Shown: positions 17,539-26,031 of the stretch, piece after piece
Position numbering within the stretch: position 1 is the first letter of the stretch
How the letters are laid out: each line of letters opens with the position of its first letter
IMG/VR virus record: IMGVR_UViG_3300042392_001665
Coordinates: 1 to 58,669 of that record
Reading direction: 5' to 3' (one strand)
From: a virus
Lineage: Duplodnaviria > Caudoviricetes
Length of the DNA: 58,669 bases
Position numbers and translations under genes: made by a program
The notes under the pieces: generated by a model
The model's database searches: none
What the model was told of the DNA's origin: nothing
Seen by the model: the letters and a program-made list of their open reading frames with translations, nothing else

Positions 17539-19290
17539 CTATAATAAATTCTTAAGTAACTCACTAGCGAAAGTGTCGCTATATTCCCCATCACCCATAA
17601 CTTGGTCAATAATACCCTTTTTCTTTTGTAAAATATTATAAACCTGTATTTCGATTGTATTTTCAAAAACGGGATAATATACCAATACAGTATTTTTTTG
17701 GCCATATCTATATGCCCTATCTTCAGCCTGTGAATGATCGGCCGGAACAAAAGAAAGATCGTTCATAATAACAGTTTCAGCCGCAGTTAATGTTATACCA
17801 ACACCACCAGCTTTAATGTTTGAAATGAATATTTTTATTTTATCGTTGTTTTGAAATTTATCTACACTTTCTTGTCTTTTTTCTTTGCTCATTCTACCAT
17901 CTAAAATAACAGAGTTTTTCTTATATTTTTCATGTATCATATCTAATGACGCGGTAAAATTTGTGAAGACAATAACTTTCTTATCTTGTTCAATAAACTT
18001 ATCAATAAACTCACAAGTATATGGGACCTTTTCAATTGCAATTAATTGTCTAAGTTTCATTAATCTATTTAAAGTAACCGAAACGCTTTCGCTGTTTCTT
18101 TTTTCTTTGGTAATTCTAATGAAGTCTTCTAGTTCGTGATCATAGAATCTACTTTGAAGCTCTAAATAAACAGGGGTGATGATTTTTTCTGGTAAATCCA
18201 AGATGTCAGTCTTCATTCTTCTTAAAACAAGATTTTTAGTCTTTTCCCTTAATTCATCTAGATTAGATGCTCCTGATGTATTCCATACTTTTCTGCTACC
18301 AACTCTAAATTGATAACCGGCACAATATCTAAAAACATAACTTTGCCAATTCAATGTTAATGGTGATTCAACAATCTTAAGTAAGTTATAATAATTTATC
18401 GGTCTAGACGTCATAGGTGTTCCTGTTAACAACCAAACCTTAGGAATCTTACTAAGAATATCATTTAATAATTTAGTTCTTTGTGCTGTTGAATTTGAAA
18501 TATAATGAGCCTCATCCACAATTGCTAAATCAAATCCAGCATTTGTGATTAATTGATACGCTTCACTATCCTCACTTTTATCTGTTGTGTGAAAGTTTTT
18601 TAATATATCATAGTTAATAATATAATAATCAAAAGTAGATCCCCATTTTTTACCTTCAATTAATAATATTCTTCTATCTGTATAATTTTTAATTTCTCTT
18701 TCCCAGTTAATCTTTAATGAGGCTGGACAAACAATTAAAATTTTCTTTGCCCCACTTTCTAAAGAGCCAATAACTGCAGCCGTTGTTTTACCCAGACCCA
18801 TGTCATCGGCAAGAATGAATTTATCGTTTGCTAAAAGTTTTTCGATCGCGGTTTTTTGATGTTCCATTGGTGGTCTAACATCATAAGGTGAATAATCAAT
18901 TTCTCTGTCTAATTTCTTCTCCTCCTGAACTATCGCCATTTTAGGGACCCAAAAAGAATGCATCTGATCAGTTTCTAAAACTTTACCCCATATATGATAT
19001 GCCTTATCTGATTCACATAATAATTTTTCCACCCAAATATCTTCAGGTGGTTTTGGTAATAACCTATCAAGCATTATTTTATCTGCAAAGGATGAAAATA
19101 ATTTAACTTTTTTTCTAGCTACTTTTGGAATTGTCTTTTCATTCTTGATAATATAATCAGCTTGAGTCCTACTCAAAGAAAAATGTTTACTTTCTAAAAG
19201 CCTTTTTTTAAGTTCCAATAGGTGATTGTTCGAACCAGCATATGCCAGTAATATTTCTCTACCCACTATTTCCGGTATTTTAGTTTCCAT
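17539..19290 (-). CDS. SNF2-family helicase/translocase (HARP/SMARCAL1-like)
   Basis: 'LADDMGLGKT', 'VCPASLK.NW', 'DEAH', 'LTGTP', 'GGVGITL', 'QAEDRAYRYGQ'. Confidence 0.95.
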   Translation of the reverse strand: METKIPEIVGREILLAYAGSNNHLLELKKRLLESKHFSLSRTQADYIIKNEKTIPKVARKKVKLFSSFADKIMLDRLLPKPPEDIWVEKLLCESDKAYHIWGKVLETDQMHSFWVPKMAIVQEEKKLDREIDYSPYDVRPPMEHQKTAIEKLLANDKFILADDMGLGKTTAAVIGSLESGAKKILIVCPASLKINWEREIKNYTDRRILLIEGKKWGSTFDYYIINYDILKNFHTTDKSEDSEAYQLITNAGFDLAIVDEAHYISNSTAQRTKLLNDILSKIPKVWLLTGTPMTSRPINYYNLLKIVESPLTLNWQSYVFRYCAGYQFRVGSRKVWNTSGASNLDELREKTKNLVLRRMKTDILDLPEKIITPVYLELQSRFYDHELEDFIRITKEKRNSESVSVTLNRLMKLRQLIAIEKVPYTCEFIDKFIEQDKKVIVFTNFTASLDMIHEKYKKNSVILDGRMSKEKRQESVDKFQNNDKIKIFISNIKAGGVGITLTAAETVIMNDLSFVPADHSQAEDRAYRYGQKNTVLVYYPVFENTIEIQVYNILQKKKGIIDQVMGDGEYSDTFASELLKNLL

Positions 19291-19343
19291 ACATTATAAA
19301 ATATAACTAATTACAAACACTTTCTAAACTATTTATAGATATT

Positions 19344-19856
19344 ATGGAGAATAAATTACCGATAACAAGAATGAGTAAATTCTTTTCTGAAGAGGATTTC
19401 AGCCTACAAATACAAATAGGTCAGGAGTATTTGCACGGTGATTTAAACATGAAGTTGGTTCTTTATAGGGTTGATAGACAAAAAACTGATAAAGACGATG
19501 TATATGGTGAAGTTGGTAAGGATGAGATCAAATATTTTCCGCCAATTGAATTTAATGCATTAGTTAAGGTAGAAGAAGCAAAAAATAGTTCATATAAAGG
19601 CGGTATGCTTAGGTATTTGGAGCCGGGTAATTTACTTTTATCCGTTTATATTAAACATTTAGAAGAATTAGGTATAGATATAAGATACGGGGATTATATT
19701 GGATATCCAGAATCTGAAGAAAAAATTAGATTTTATACCGTTACAAATGACGGTAGAGTAACTTCAGATAATAAACATCATCTATTTGGTTTTAAACCAT
19801 ACTATAGAACGATTACTTGTGCAATTGCACAGGAACAAGAATTTAGAGGAGTATAA
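19344..19856 (+). CDS. Head-closure/neck protein, T4 gp14-like
   Basis: 'DDVYGE', 'IRYGDYI'; sits before the gp15-like and sheath genes. Confidence 0.55.
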   Translation: MENKLPITRMSKFFSEEDFSLQIQIGQEYLHGDLNMKLVLYRVDRQKTDKDDVYGEVGKDEIKYFPPIEFNALVKVEEAKNSSYKGGMLRYLEPGNLLLSVYIKHLEELGIDIRYGDYIGYPESEEKIRFYTVTNDGRVTSDNKHHLFGFKPYYRTITCAIAQEQEFRGV

Positions 19857-19857
19857 C

Positions 19858-21093
19858 ATGGGAATACCTAAAAGAAAAACAGATATTCAAATTTACAAGG
19901 GTAAACAGCTTACCGAAAGAAGACAAGAATTATTGGAAAAAATAACCAAATCTGATTCTTATCTTCCTGATTCTGTTTTACACGACGATTTAGATTCTGG
20001 GATGTTGGATTTTATTAAGAAAAACTTTGTTGTCATATCTGATGGCGAACAAATACCGGTTATACCTAAAATATTAACAATCCAAAGGTGGGCTCAAATT
20101 ATGAATACCTGGGAATTTTCAGATGATGACGGTAATTTAAAGGTACCATTTGTTGGTGTTATTAGAAGACCGGACGTTCAACCGGGAACAAACCCATCAG
20201 TTACCAGAACAATACCAGATAGACTTCAGTTTCACTATGCTTCGGTAGCAACTTGGAACGGAACACAAATGGGCGCAGACGTTTATAAGATTCCACAGCC
20301 TGTTGCGGTAGATATTACCTTTGAGGTGACAATTGTGTGTACAAAACTTAGAGAATTAAATAGGTTTAACAAAATAGTTTTACAAAAATTTGCATCAAGA
20401 CAGGCGTATACTATAGTAAAAGGTCATTATATACCAATTATAATGGATAAGGTTGAAGATAATTCGCCTATTGATCAAATAGACGGACGTAGATTTTATA
20501 TGCAAACGTATCAATTTACCATGCTCGGTTTCTTGATTGACCAAGATGAATTTGAGGTTAAACCAGCCGTTAGTAGATTTTTCTTGATGAATGAGTTTGC
20601 TAAAAATACGAATTTTCAAAAGAAATACATTAATAAAAGAATTGATATTACAATCGCCACATTTAAAGCAGATGGGTTACAAACAGCATTTAGTGTTGGT
20701 GAAAGTATTAGTATGTTATTTAATGTTGCTATAAATGGTCTTTTACAAGAAAGAGATGTAGACTTTTTTCATATTGCTGGTACATCAAAAATTACCTTTG
20801 CAAGCCCACCTCTTGAGGGTAGTACTATCACAATAACATACTTTAAAGGTAGAAATAGTGTGTTTATTGATAGCTACGGTAAGACGTTGCAGGTGTCTAC
20901 TGAATATTTCACATATAACGGATCAACATTAATATTTACTCTTTTAAATTCAATAGACAGTATTGTCAGTTTAGATATTAATGGTCTTATTGAAGAAGAA
21001 GGTCAGGGTTTTGATGTTGAGTCGTCTAATCAGGTTAAACTGAATTTTTCACCAATATCAGGATCTAAAGTTGGTGTAACATACGTTTACTAA
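19858..21093 (+). CDS. Tail terminator/sheath stabiliser (gp15-like) fused to two C-terminal beta-rich repeats
   Basis: 'IPQPVAVDITFEVTI...ELN...ILQ' core, then two '(I)NGL..E...F...I.F..P..GS.I.(I/V)TY' units. ATG 19858 preferred over 19786. Confidence 0.6.
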   Translation: MGIPKRKTDIQIYKGKQLTERRQELLEKITKSDSYLPDSVLHDDLDSGMLDFIKKNFVVISDGEQIPVIPKILTIQRWAQIMNTWEFSDDDGNLKVPFVGVIRRPDVQPGTNPSVTRTIPDRLQFHYASVATWNGTQMGADVYKIPQPVAVDITFEVTIVCTKLRELNRFNKIVLQKFASRQAYTIVKGHYIPIIMDKVEDNSPIDQIDGRRFYMQTYQFTMLGFLIDQDEFEVKPAVSRFFLMNEFAKNTNFQKKYINKRIDITIATFKADGLQTAFSVGESISMLFNVAINGLLQERDVDFFHIAGTSKITFASPPLEGSTITITYFKGRNSVFIDSYGKTLQVSTEYFTYNGSTLIFTLLNSIDSIVSLDINGLIEEEGQGFDVESSNQVKLNFSPISGSKVGVTYVY

Positions 21094-21248
21094 TCTTCAT
21101 CATAAAGATCCGTTTTTTTGGGTTTACAGGTGTCTTCTATTAATTTTTCTAAAATTTTATATATTTTTAATCCCTTCTTATCACAATATGATTTTAACAT
21201 TTCGTGGTATTTTTCACTGATTTTTACGTTTTTACTTTTGTTTTTCAT
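21090..21248 (-). CDS. 52-aa ribbon-helix-helix DNA-binding protein (not in ORF track)
   Basis: MKNKSKNVKISEKYHEMLKSYCDKKGLKIYKILEKLIEDTCKPKKTDLYDED*: strand (KNVKI), helix, Gly, helix. Confidence 0.7.
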   Translation of the reverse strand: MKNKSKNVKISEKYHEMLKSYCDKKGLKIYKILEKLIEDTCKPKKTDLYDED

Positions 21249-21374
21249 GTATAAAGATAAATAATGATAAAAAAGGATAAATTACTATCTAAATACAAAA
21301 AAATTGAGAAATCTTTGCTTAAAACAAAGATATTTATTTGGAAAGAATAAAATTATTTAACCAAACATTTATCA

Positions 21375-24215
21375 ATGGCAGCAAATTCAAACAGAGTATT
21401 CGTGTCTCCAGGTGTGTACACATCAGAGAAGGATCTAACATTCGTAGCGCAAAGCGTTGGAGTTACAACATTGGGTCTAGTAGGTGAGACTATAAAAGGT
21501 CCCGCGTTCGAACCAATATTGATTTCTAATTTCGACGAATTTAAAACATATTTTGGCACAACCAGTCCAGTAAAATACGGAGATGGTAACCCTAAATATG
21601 AACTTCCGTATGTCGCTAAATCATATTTACAAGAATCAAATCAATTATTTGTAACTAGAGTTTTAGGATTAACTGGTTACAAACCAGGTAAAACTTATGG
21701 TATCAAGACATTGGGTAGCGTAACTGTAGATTTAACAAGTACACCAACAACAAGTGGTAGTACATTAACACCCACTTCTTTATCAACAATAACAGGCTCA
21801 ACATTCTATGCTGAACTTTCAGGTAAAACATCAACAGAAGGAACATCAATTACCGATTATTTGGTTGCTGGTTCAAATTCTAATGGAGCTTATGCTCTTA
21901 ATGAATGGTTTACAATCGGTACGGTACCGGCATCTGCAACAAGTGGATTAACTGGAACTCAATTATTATCACCTATTGGAAACGCTAATAAGAACTGGTA
22001 TAACAATTACTTTGTAAAAAGTGGTTCTACCGATTCAACAATTCATGGTGTTTATTCTTACTTATTTGTTTTAACAGGTGCTACATCATTTAGTGTGACA
22101 AGATACAAATATTCAGCAGCATTAAATGCTGATTATGCTGGAAGAACAGTATGTTTATTAAGATCAAGAGGTTCATACGTATCAAATGCACTTGTACATA
22201 GAGTAACCGGCTCAACAGCGGTTCAAATTACTGGTACAACAATAGATACAAATCCATTATCAGAATTTAACTTAAATGTTACCGATATCGCATCGGTTGC
22301 ACATAGTTTTGACTGTTCATTTGATACATCTTCTTCAAAATACATAACTAAGATTCTTGGTACTGATGTATTTGATAAAGAAAAAAATGAATATCCACTT
22401 TATGTACATGAAGTATATCCAAACTTAATAAATAATTTATTTGAACAAGGTCTTATTAGAGGTTTAAGTACAGATGAACAAGTTTTAACGGAAGCTGATA
22501 ATTTTGTTAACCCATGGGATATGGCAGGGTCATCAACAGTAGTTTCTGAAGTTAGAGGCGGGAAGGTTTTTGATTTATTCAGTTTCTTAACTGTATCAGA
22601 TGGTGATAATTCTAACTATGAAGTTAAAATAACCATTGCAAATATTGATCTTGACACTGCAGAATTTGATGTTCTTGTTCGTGATTTTAACGATACCGAT
22701 GCTAACCAACTAGTTTTAGAAAAATACACTAGATGTACAATGAATCCAGATTTACCAGGTTTTATCGGTAGAAAAATTGGTACATCAGATGGTGAATATG
22801 AATTAAGATCTAAATATATTATGCTTGTTTTAGCTAGTGAATACCCAACTGATGCAATACCAGCTGGTTTCAAGGGAGTAACAACAAGATCTGAAATAGG
22901 TGAAATTCTTTATAAAACAAAATATTATGACGCAGGTGATGTATTATATTATGACGCTAGCGGAAATGCAAACACAACAAATGGTGATAAAGTTAAAAAA
23001 GTAACTTTAGGATTTTCAACAGACAATCATTTTGAATATGATAGAGACATGTTAAAGTTTAAGGGTAACGTAGCAGCCGGATCAACATTTGGTTTCCACT
23101 TATCAACAAATGCGTCATCAATCACTGGAACAACTGGTAGTAAATTATTTAAAACAACAGCATATGACTTAGAAGGTGTATCTAAAGGTAAATTAGCTAC
23201 AACGCCATACAGAAAATTCACAATACCTGTATTTGGCGGTTTTGATGGCTGGGACATTTATAGAAATACAAGAACAAATGGTGACGGATATATCTTTGGT
23301 AAATCAACATATGTAAGTGGTCATACTGGTAACGGTGGTGTATTCAGCAGTACTGTTGGAAACTCAGATTATTATGCTTACTTACAAGGTATAGAAACAT
23401 ATGCAAATCCTGAAGCTGTGGATATTAATATATTTGCAACACCAGGTATTGATTGGAATAATCATAGTTCATTAGTTAATCAAGCGATTGACATTATTGA
23501 AAATGATAGAGCTGACTCATTATACATTATTAATTCACCTAACTACACAACTTCTGATGAAACAATCTCATCTTTAGATGATTTAGGAATTGATAGTAAC
23601 TATTCTGCAACATACTGGCCTTGGATTCAAGTAAGAGATACAGATAACGCAACACAACTTTTCATACCACCAACAGGTGAAGTATTGAAAAATATTGCTT
23701 TAACTGATAATGTTTCTTATCCTTGGTTCGCAGTCGCTGGTTACTCAAGAGGTCTAGTTAATGCAATTAAAGCACAAAAGAAACTTACTCTTGATGAAAG
23801 AGACGATCTTTACAAAGCTAGAATTAATCCAATTGCAACATTCTCTGATACAGGTACAATTATCTGGGGTAACAAAACATTACAAGTTAGAGAATCAGCT
23901 TTAGATAGAATCAACGTAAGAAGATTGTTATTGAGAGCTAGAAAATTAATTTCTGCTGTAGCAATAAGATTATTGTTTGAACAAAATGATGAACAAGTTA
24001 GACAAGAATTCTTAAGATTGGTTAACCCAATTCTTGAGTCAATTAAGAAAGAAAGAGGTTTATATGACTTCCGTGTAAGTGTTTCAAATGATCCAGAGGA
24101 TATTGATGCAAATACATTAAGAGGTAAAATATACATCAAACCAACAAGATCATTGGAATTCATCGATGTTGAATTCGTAATTACTCCAACGGGTGCTTCT
24201 TTTGAAAATATCTAA
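21375..24215 (+). CDS. Contractile tail sheath protein (gp18-like)
   Basis: 'SPGVYTSEKD', 'YWPW', 'PWFAVAG..RG', 'INPI', 'WGNKTL', 'RINVRRL', 'FEQND'. Confidence 0.97.
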   Translation: MAANSNRVFVSPGVYTSEKDLTFVAQSVGVTTLGLVGETIKGPAFEPILISNFDEFKTYFGTTSPVKYGDGNPKYELPYVAKSYLQESNQLFVTRVLGLTGYKPGKTYGIKTLGSVTVDLTSTPTTSGSTLTPTSLSTITGSTFYAELSGKTSTEGTSITDYLVAGSNSNGAYALNEWFTIGTVPASATSGLTGTQLLSPIGNANKNWYNNYFVKSGSTDSTIHGVYSYLFVLTGATSFSVTRYKYSAALNADYAGRTVCLLRSRGSYVSNALVHRVTGSTAVQITGTTIDTNPLSEFNLNVTDIASVAHSFDCSFDTSSSKYITKILGTDVFDKEKNEYPLYVHEVYPNLINNLFEQGLIRGLSTDEQVLTEADNFVNPWDMAGSSTVVSEVRGGKVFDLFSFLTVSDGDNSNYEVKITIANIDLDTAEFDVLVRDFNDTDANQLVLEKYTRCTMNPDLPGFIGRKIGTSDGEYELRSKYIMLVLASEYPTDAIPAGFKGVTTRSEIGEILYKTKYYDAGDVLYYDASGNANTTNGDKVKKVTLGFSTDNHFEYDRDMLKFKGNVAAGSTFGFHLSTNASSITGTTGSKLFKTTAYDLEGVSKGKLATTPYRKFTIPVFGGFDGWDIYRNTRTNGDGYIFGKSTYVSGHTGNGGVFSSTVGNSDYYAYLQGIETYANPEAVDINIFATPGIDWNNHSSLVNQAIDIIENDRADSLYIINSPNYTTSDETISSLDDLGIDSNYSATYWPWIQVRDTDNATQLFIPPTGEVLKNIALTDNVSYPWFAVAGYSRGLVNAIKAQKKLTLDERDDLYKARINPIATFSDTGTIIWGNKTLQVRESALDRINVRRLLLRARKLISAVAIRLLFEQNDEQVRQEFLRLVNPILESIKKERGLYDFRVSVSNDPEDIDANTLRGKIYIKPTRSLEFIDVEFVITPTGASFENI

Positions 24216-24233
24216 TATTAGAATAAAAATAAG

Positions 24234-24268
24234 AATGGGGACGGCTAAAAACCTCCCCATTTTTGTTT
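24234..24268 (+). terminator. Rho-independent terminator after the sheath gene
   Basis: AATGGGGA...TCCCCATT stem followed by a T-run. Confidence 0.75.
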
Positions 24269-24280
24269 ATTATATTGAAT

Positions 24281-24394
24281 ATCAGTAAATTAGTTAATTA
24301 GAATAAAAGAATATAAGTAAATCAGAATATTAGAAATATTAGTACATTAGAATATTAGAATTATTAGTATATTAGTATTTTAGTAAGTTAGTAG
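24281..24394 (+). repeat. Non-coding tandem array of 14 imperfect 8-9-bp units, consensus ATTAG(A/T)AT
   Basis: atcagtaa attagtta attagaat aaaagaat ataagtaa atcagaat attagaaat attagtac attagaat attagaatt attagtat attagtat tttagtaa gttagtag. Confidence 0.85.
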
Positions 24395-24508
24395 CAAAAA
24401 GCTAAGGAAAAAAAACGAGAAAAACAACTATTTTGCAAAATAAATTTTATTTCACATATTGATATATTTATAGGAAAGAAATAAACACAAAAATATAATT
24501 AAAAAACA

Positions 24509-24997
24509 ATGGCAGATTTATTAATGAAAATGCCGGTTCCATATGAACCGAAACGTAAAAATAGATTTATCCTAAGATTTCCATCATCTTTAGGTATAAA
24601 CGAATGGTATGTAACATCCACTGCTCGTCCTAGTGCTAAAATTAACGCAACAGAAATTCCATTTTTGAATACTTCAACATACGTAGCAGGTAGATTTACA
24701 TGGGACCCAATTAAAGTTACTTTTAAAGACCCAATTGGTCCTTCAGCATCTCAGGCTCTTATGGAGTGGTTCCGTTTACATGCAGAATCAGTTACAGGTA
24801 GAATGGGCTACGCCGCAGGATACAAGAAAAATGTGGAGTTAGAAATGTTAGATCCAACAGGGGTAGTAGTTGAAAAATGGATTCTTGAAGGTTGTTTCTT
24901 AACTAGCTTAAACTTTGGTGATTTGAACTATTCTCAAGATGAATTAGCAACAATTGATGCTGAATTGAGAATGGATAGATGTATCCAAGTATATTAA
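24509..24997 (+). CDS. Tail tube protein (gp19-like)
   Basis: 'EPKRKNRF', 'YVAGRFTW', 'YKKNVELEMLDPTG.VVEKW.L.G'; follows the sheath gene. Confidence 0.93.
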   Translation: MADLLMKMPVPYEPKRKNRFILRFPSSLGINEWYVTSTARPSAKINATEIPFLNTSTYVAGRFTWDPIKVTFKDPIGPSASQALMEWFRLHAESVTGRMGYAAGYKKNVELEMLDPTGVVVEKWILEGCFLTSLNFGDLNYSQDELATIDAELRMDRCIQVY

Positions 24998-25022
24998 TAT
25001 TACTTTTAAAATAGATTTATTT

Positions 25023-25055
25023 AAATCCATCAGCCTTTTTGGTTGGTGGATTTTT
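25023..25055 (+). terminator. Rho-independent terminator after the tube gene
   Basis: AAATCCATCAGCC-TTTTT-GGTTGGTGGATTT-TT. Confidence 0.8.
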
Positions 25056-25071
25056 CGTTCCATGTGGAACC
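25056..25071. other. parS-like palindrome CGTTCCATGTGGAACC
   Basis: 13 of 16 positions match TGTTCCACGTGGAACA, a known bacterial parS variant. Confidence 0.5.
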
Positions 25072-25085
25072 TTTTGTTTTATCAG

Positions 25086-25114
25086 TTGATTTTCCAATAA
25101 ATTATACTTATATT
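25086..25114 (+). promoter_or_regulatory. Putative promoter TTGATT-N17-TATATT
   Basis: Two boxes with 17-bp spacer upstream of 25138. Confidence 0.55.
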
Positions 25115-25137
25115 AATACAAACTAATTTAATTTATT

Positions 25138-25878
25138 ATGGATAATATTAACCCAATGGTATCATATGATGTGGTATCTCTTCCATCTCAAGGAGTTCAT
25201 TATGAGGATGGCAGAAAAACATTAAGAGTTGCTTATTTAACAGCATCTGATGAAAATATATTAATGTCTCCCAATCTAATTCAATCTGAAACGGTTATTG
25301 ATGAGTTATTAAAAAGAAAGGTATTAGATAAAGAAATATCACTTGATGAAATTGTTGAAGAGGATAGACAGGCTATTTTAATCTTTTTAAGAAATACAGC
25401 ATTTGGTACAACATATACTCTAACCCTAACAGATCCAGGAACAAAAAAGCAGTTTGAGGGTGAATTAGATTTATCTGTATTGAAGGTTAAGGAATTTAAA
25501 TTGGAGAAAGATTCAAATAACGAATATTCATATGTTTTACCAATTTCAAAGAAAACTATAACATTTAAATTTTTAACGAATACTCAAGAAAAAGAATTAC
25601 AATCAATAAAAGATGCTGGTGGTTCAAATGTTATTCCTCTGAATACTAAAAAATTAGAAATGATGATAAAGTCAATTGATGGACAAAGAGATCAAATGGC
25701 TATATATCAATTTATTCAAAATTTACCAATCAAAGATTCTTTAGATTTTAAAAAATTTGTTGGAGAAAATAAACCAGGTTTAGACCTAATAGTTGATGTA
25801 ATCGCCCCGTCAGGAGAAAAAGTCCCAGTTTTGGTTGACTTTGGGGTGGAGTTTTTTCGTCCCTTCTACGGAATATAA
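25138..25878 (+). CDS. Baseplate hub / tail assembly chaperone (T4 gp26-like)
   Basis: 'VSLPSQG..Y', 'LTASDENIL', 'DRQAILIFLR', ends '...FGVEFFRP'; lies between the tube and tape-measure genes. Confidence 0.75.
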   Translation: MDNINPMVSYDVVSLPSQGVHYEDGRKTLRVAYLTASDENILMSPNLIQSETVIDELLKRKVLDKEISLDEIVEEDRQAILIFLRNTAFGTTYTLTLTDPGTKKQFEGELDLSVLKVKEFKLEKDSNNEYSYVLPISKKTITFKFLTNTQEKELQSIKDAGGSNVIPLNTKKLEMMIKSIDGQRDQMAIYQFIQNLPIKDSLDFKKFVGENKPGLDLIVDVIAPSGEKVPVLVDFGVEFFRPFYGI

Positions 25879-25999
25879 GAAAAATCAAATACAAGCAATT
25901 TTATTCCTTTTAAGTAAAGGATTCACCTACCATGATCTGTTAATATTGCCGATACATGAAAGAAATAGTATTATCAATGCGATATTGGAAAACAATTAA
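25853..25999 (+). CDS. gp51-like chaperone extension in the +1 frame, no ATG; probable frameshift product
   Basis: +1 frame reads FFVPSTEYKKNQIQAILFLLSKGFTYHDLLILPIHERNSIINAILENN*. Confidence 0.6.
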   Translation, partial: FFVPSTEYKKNQIQAILFLLSKGFTYHDLLILPIHERNSIINAILENN

Positions 26000-26031
26000 T
26001 AAAACTATTTATGTTAATACAACAATAGAAA

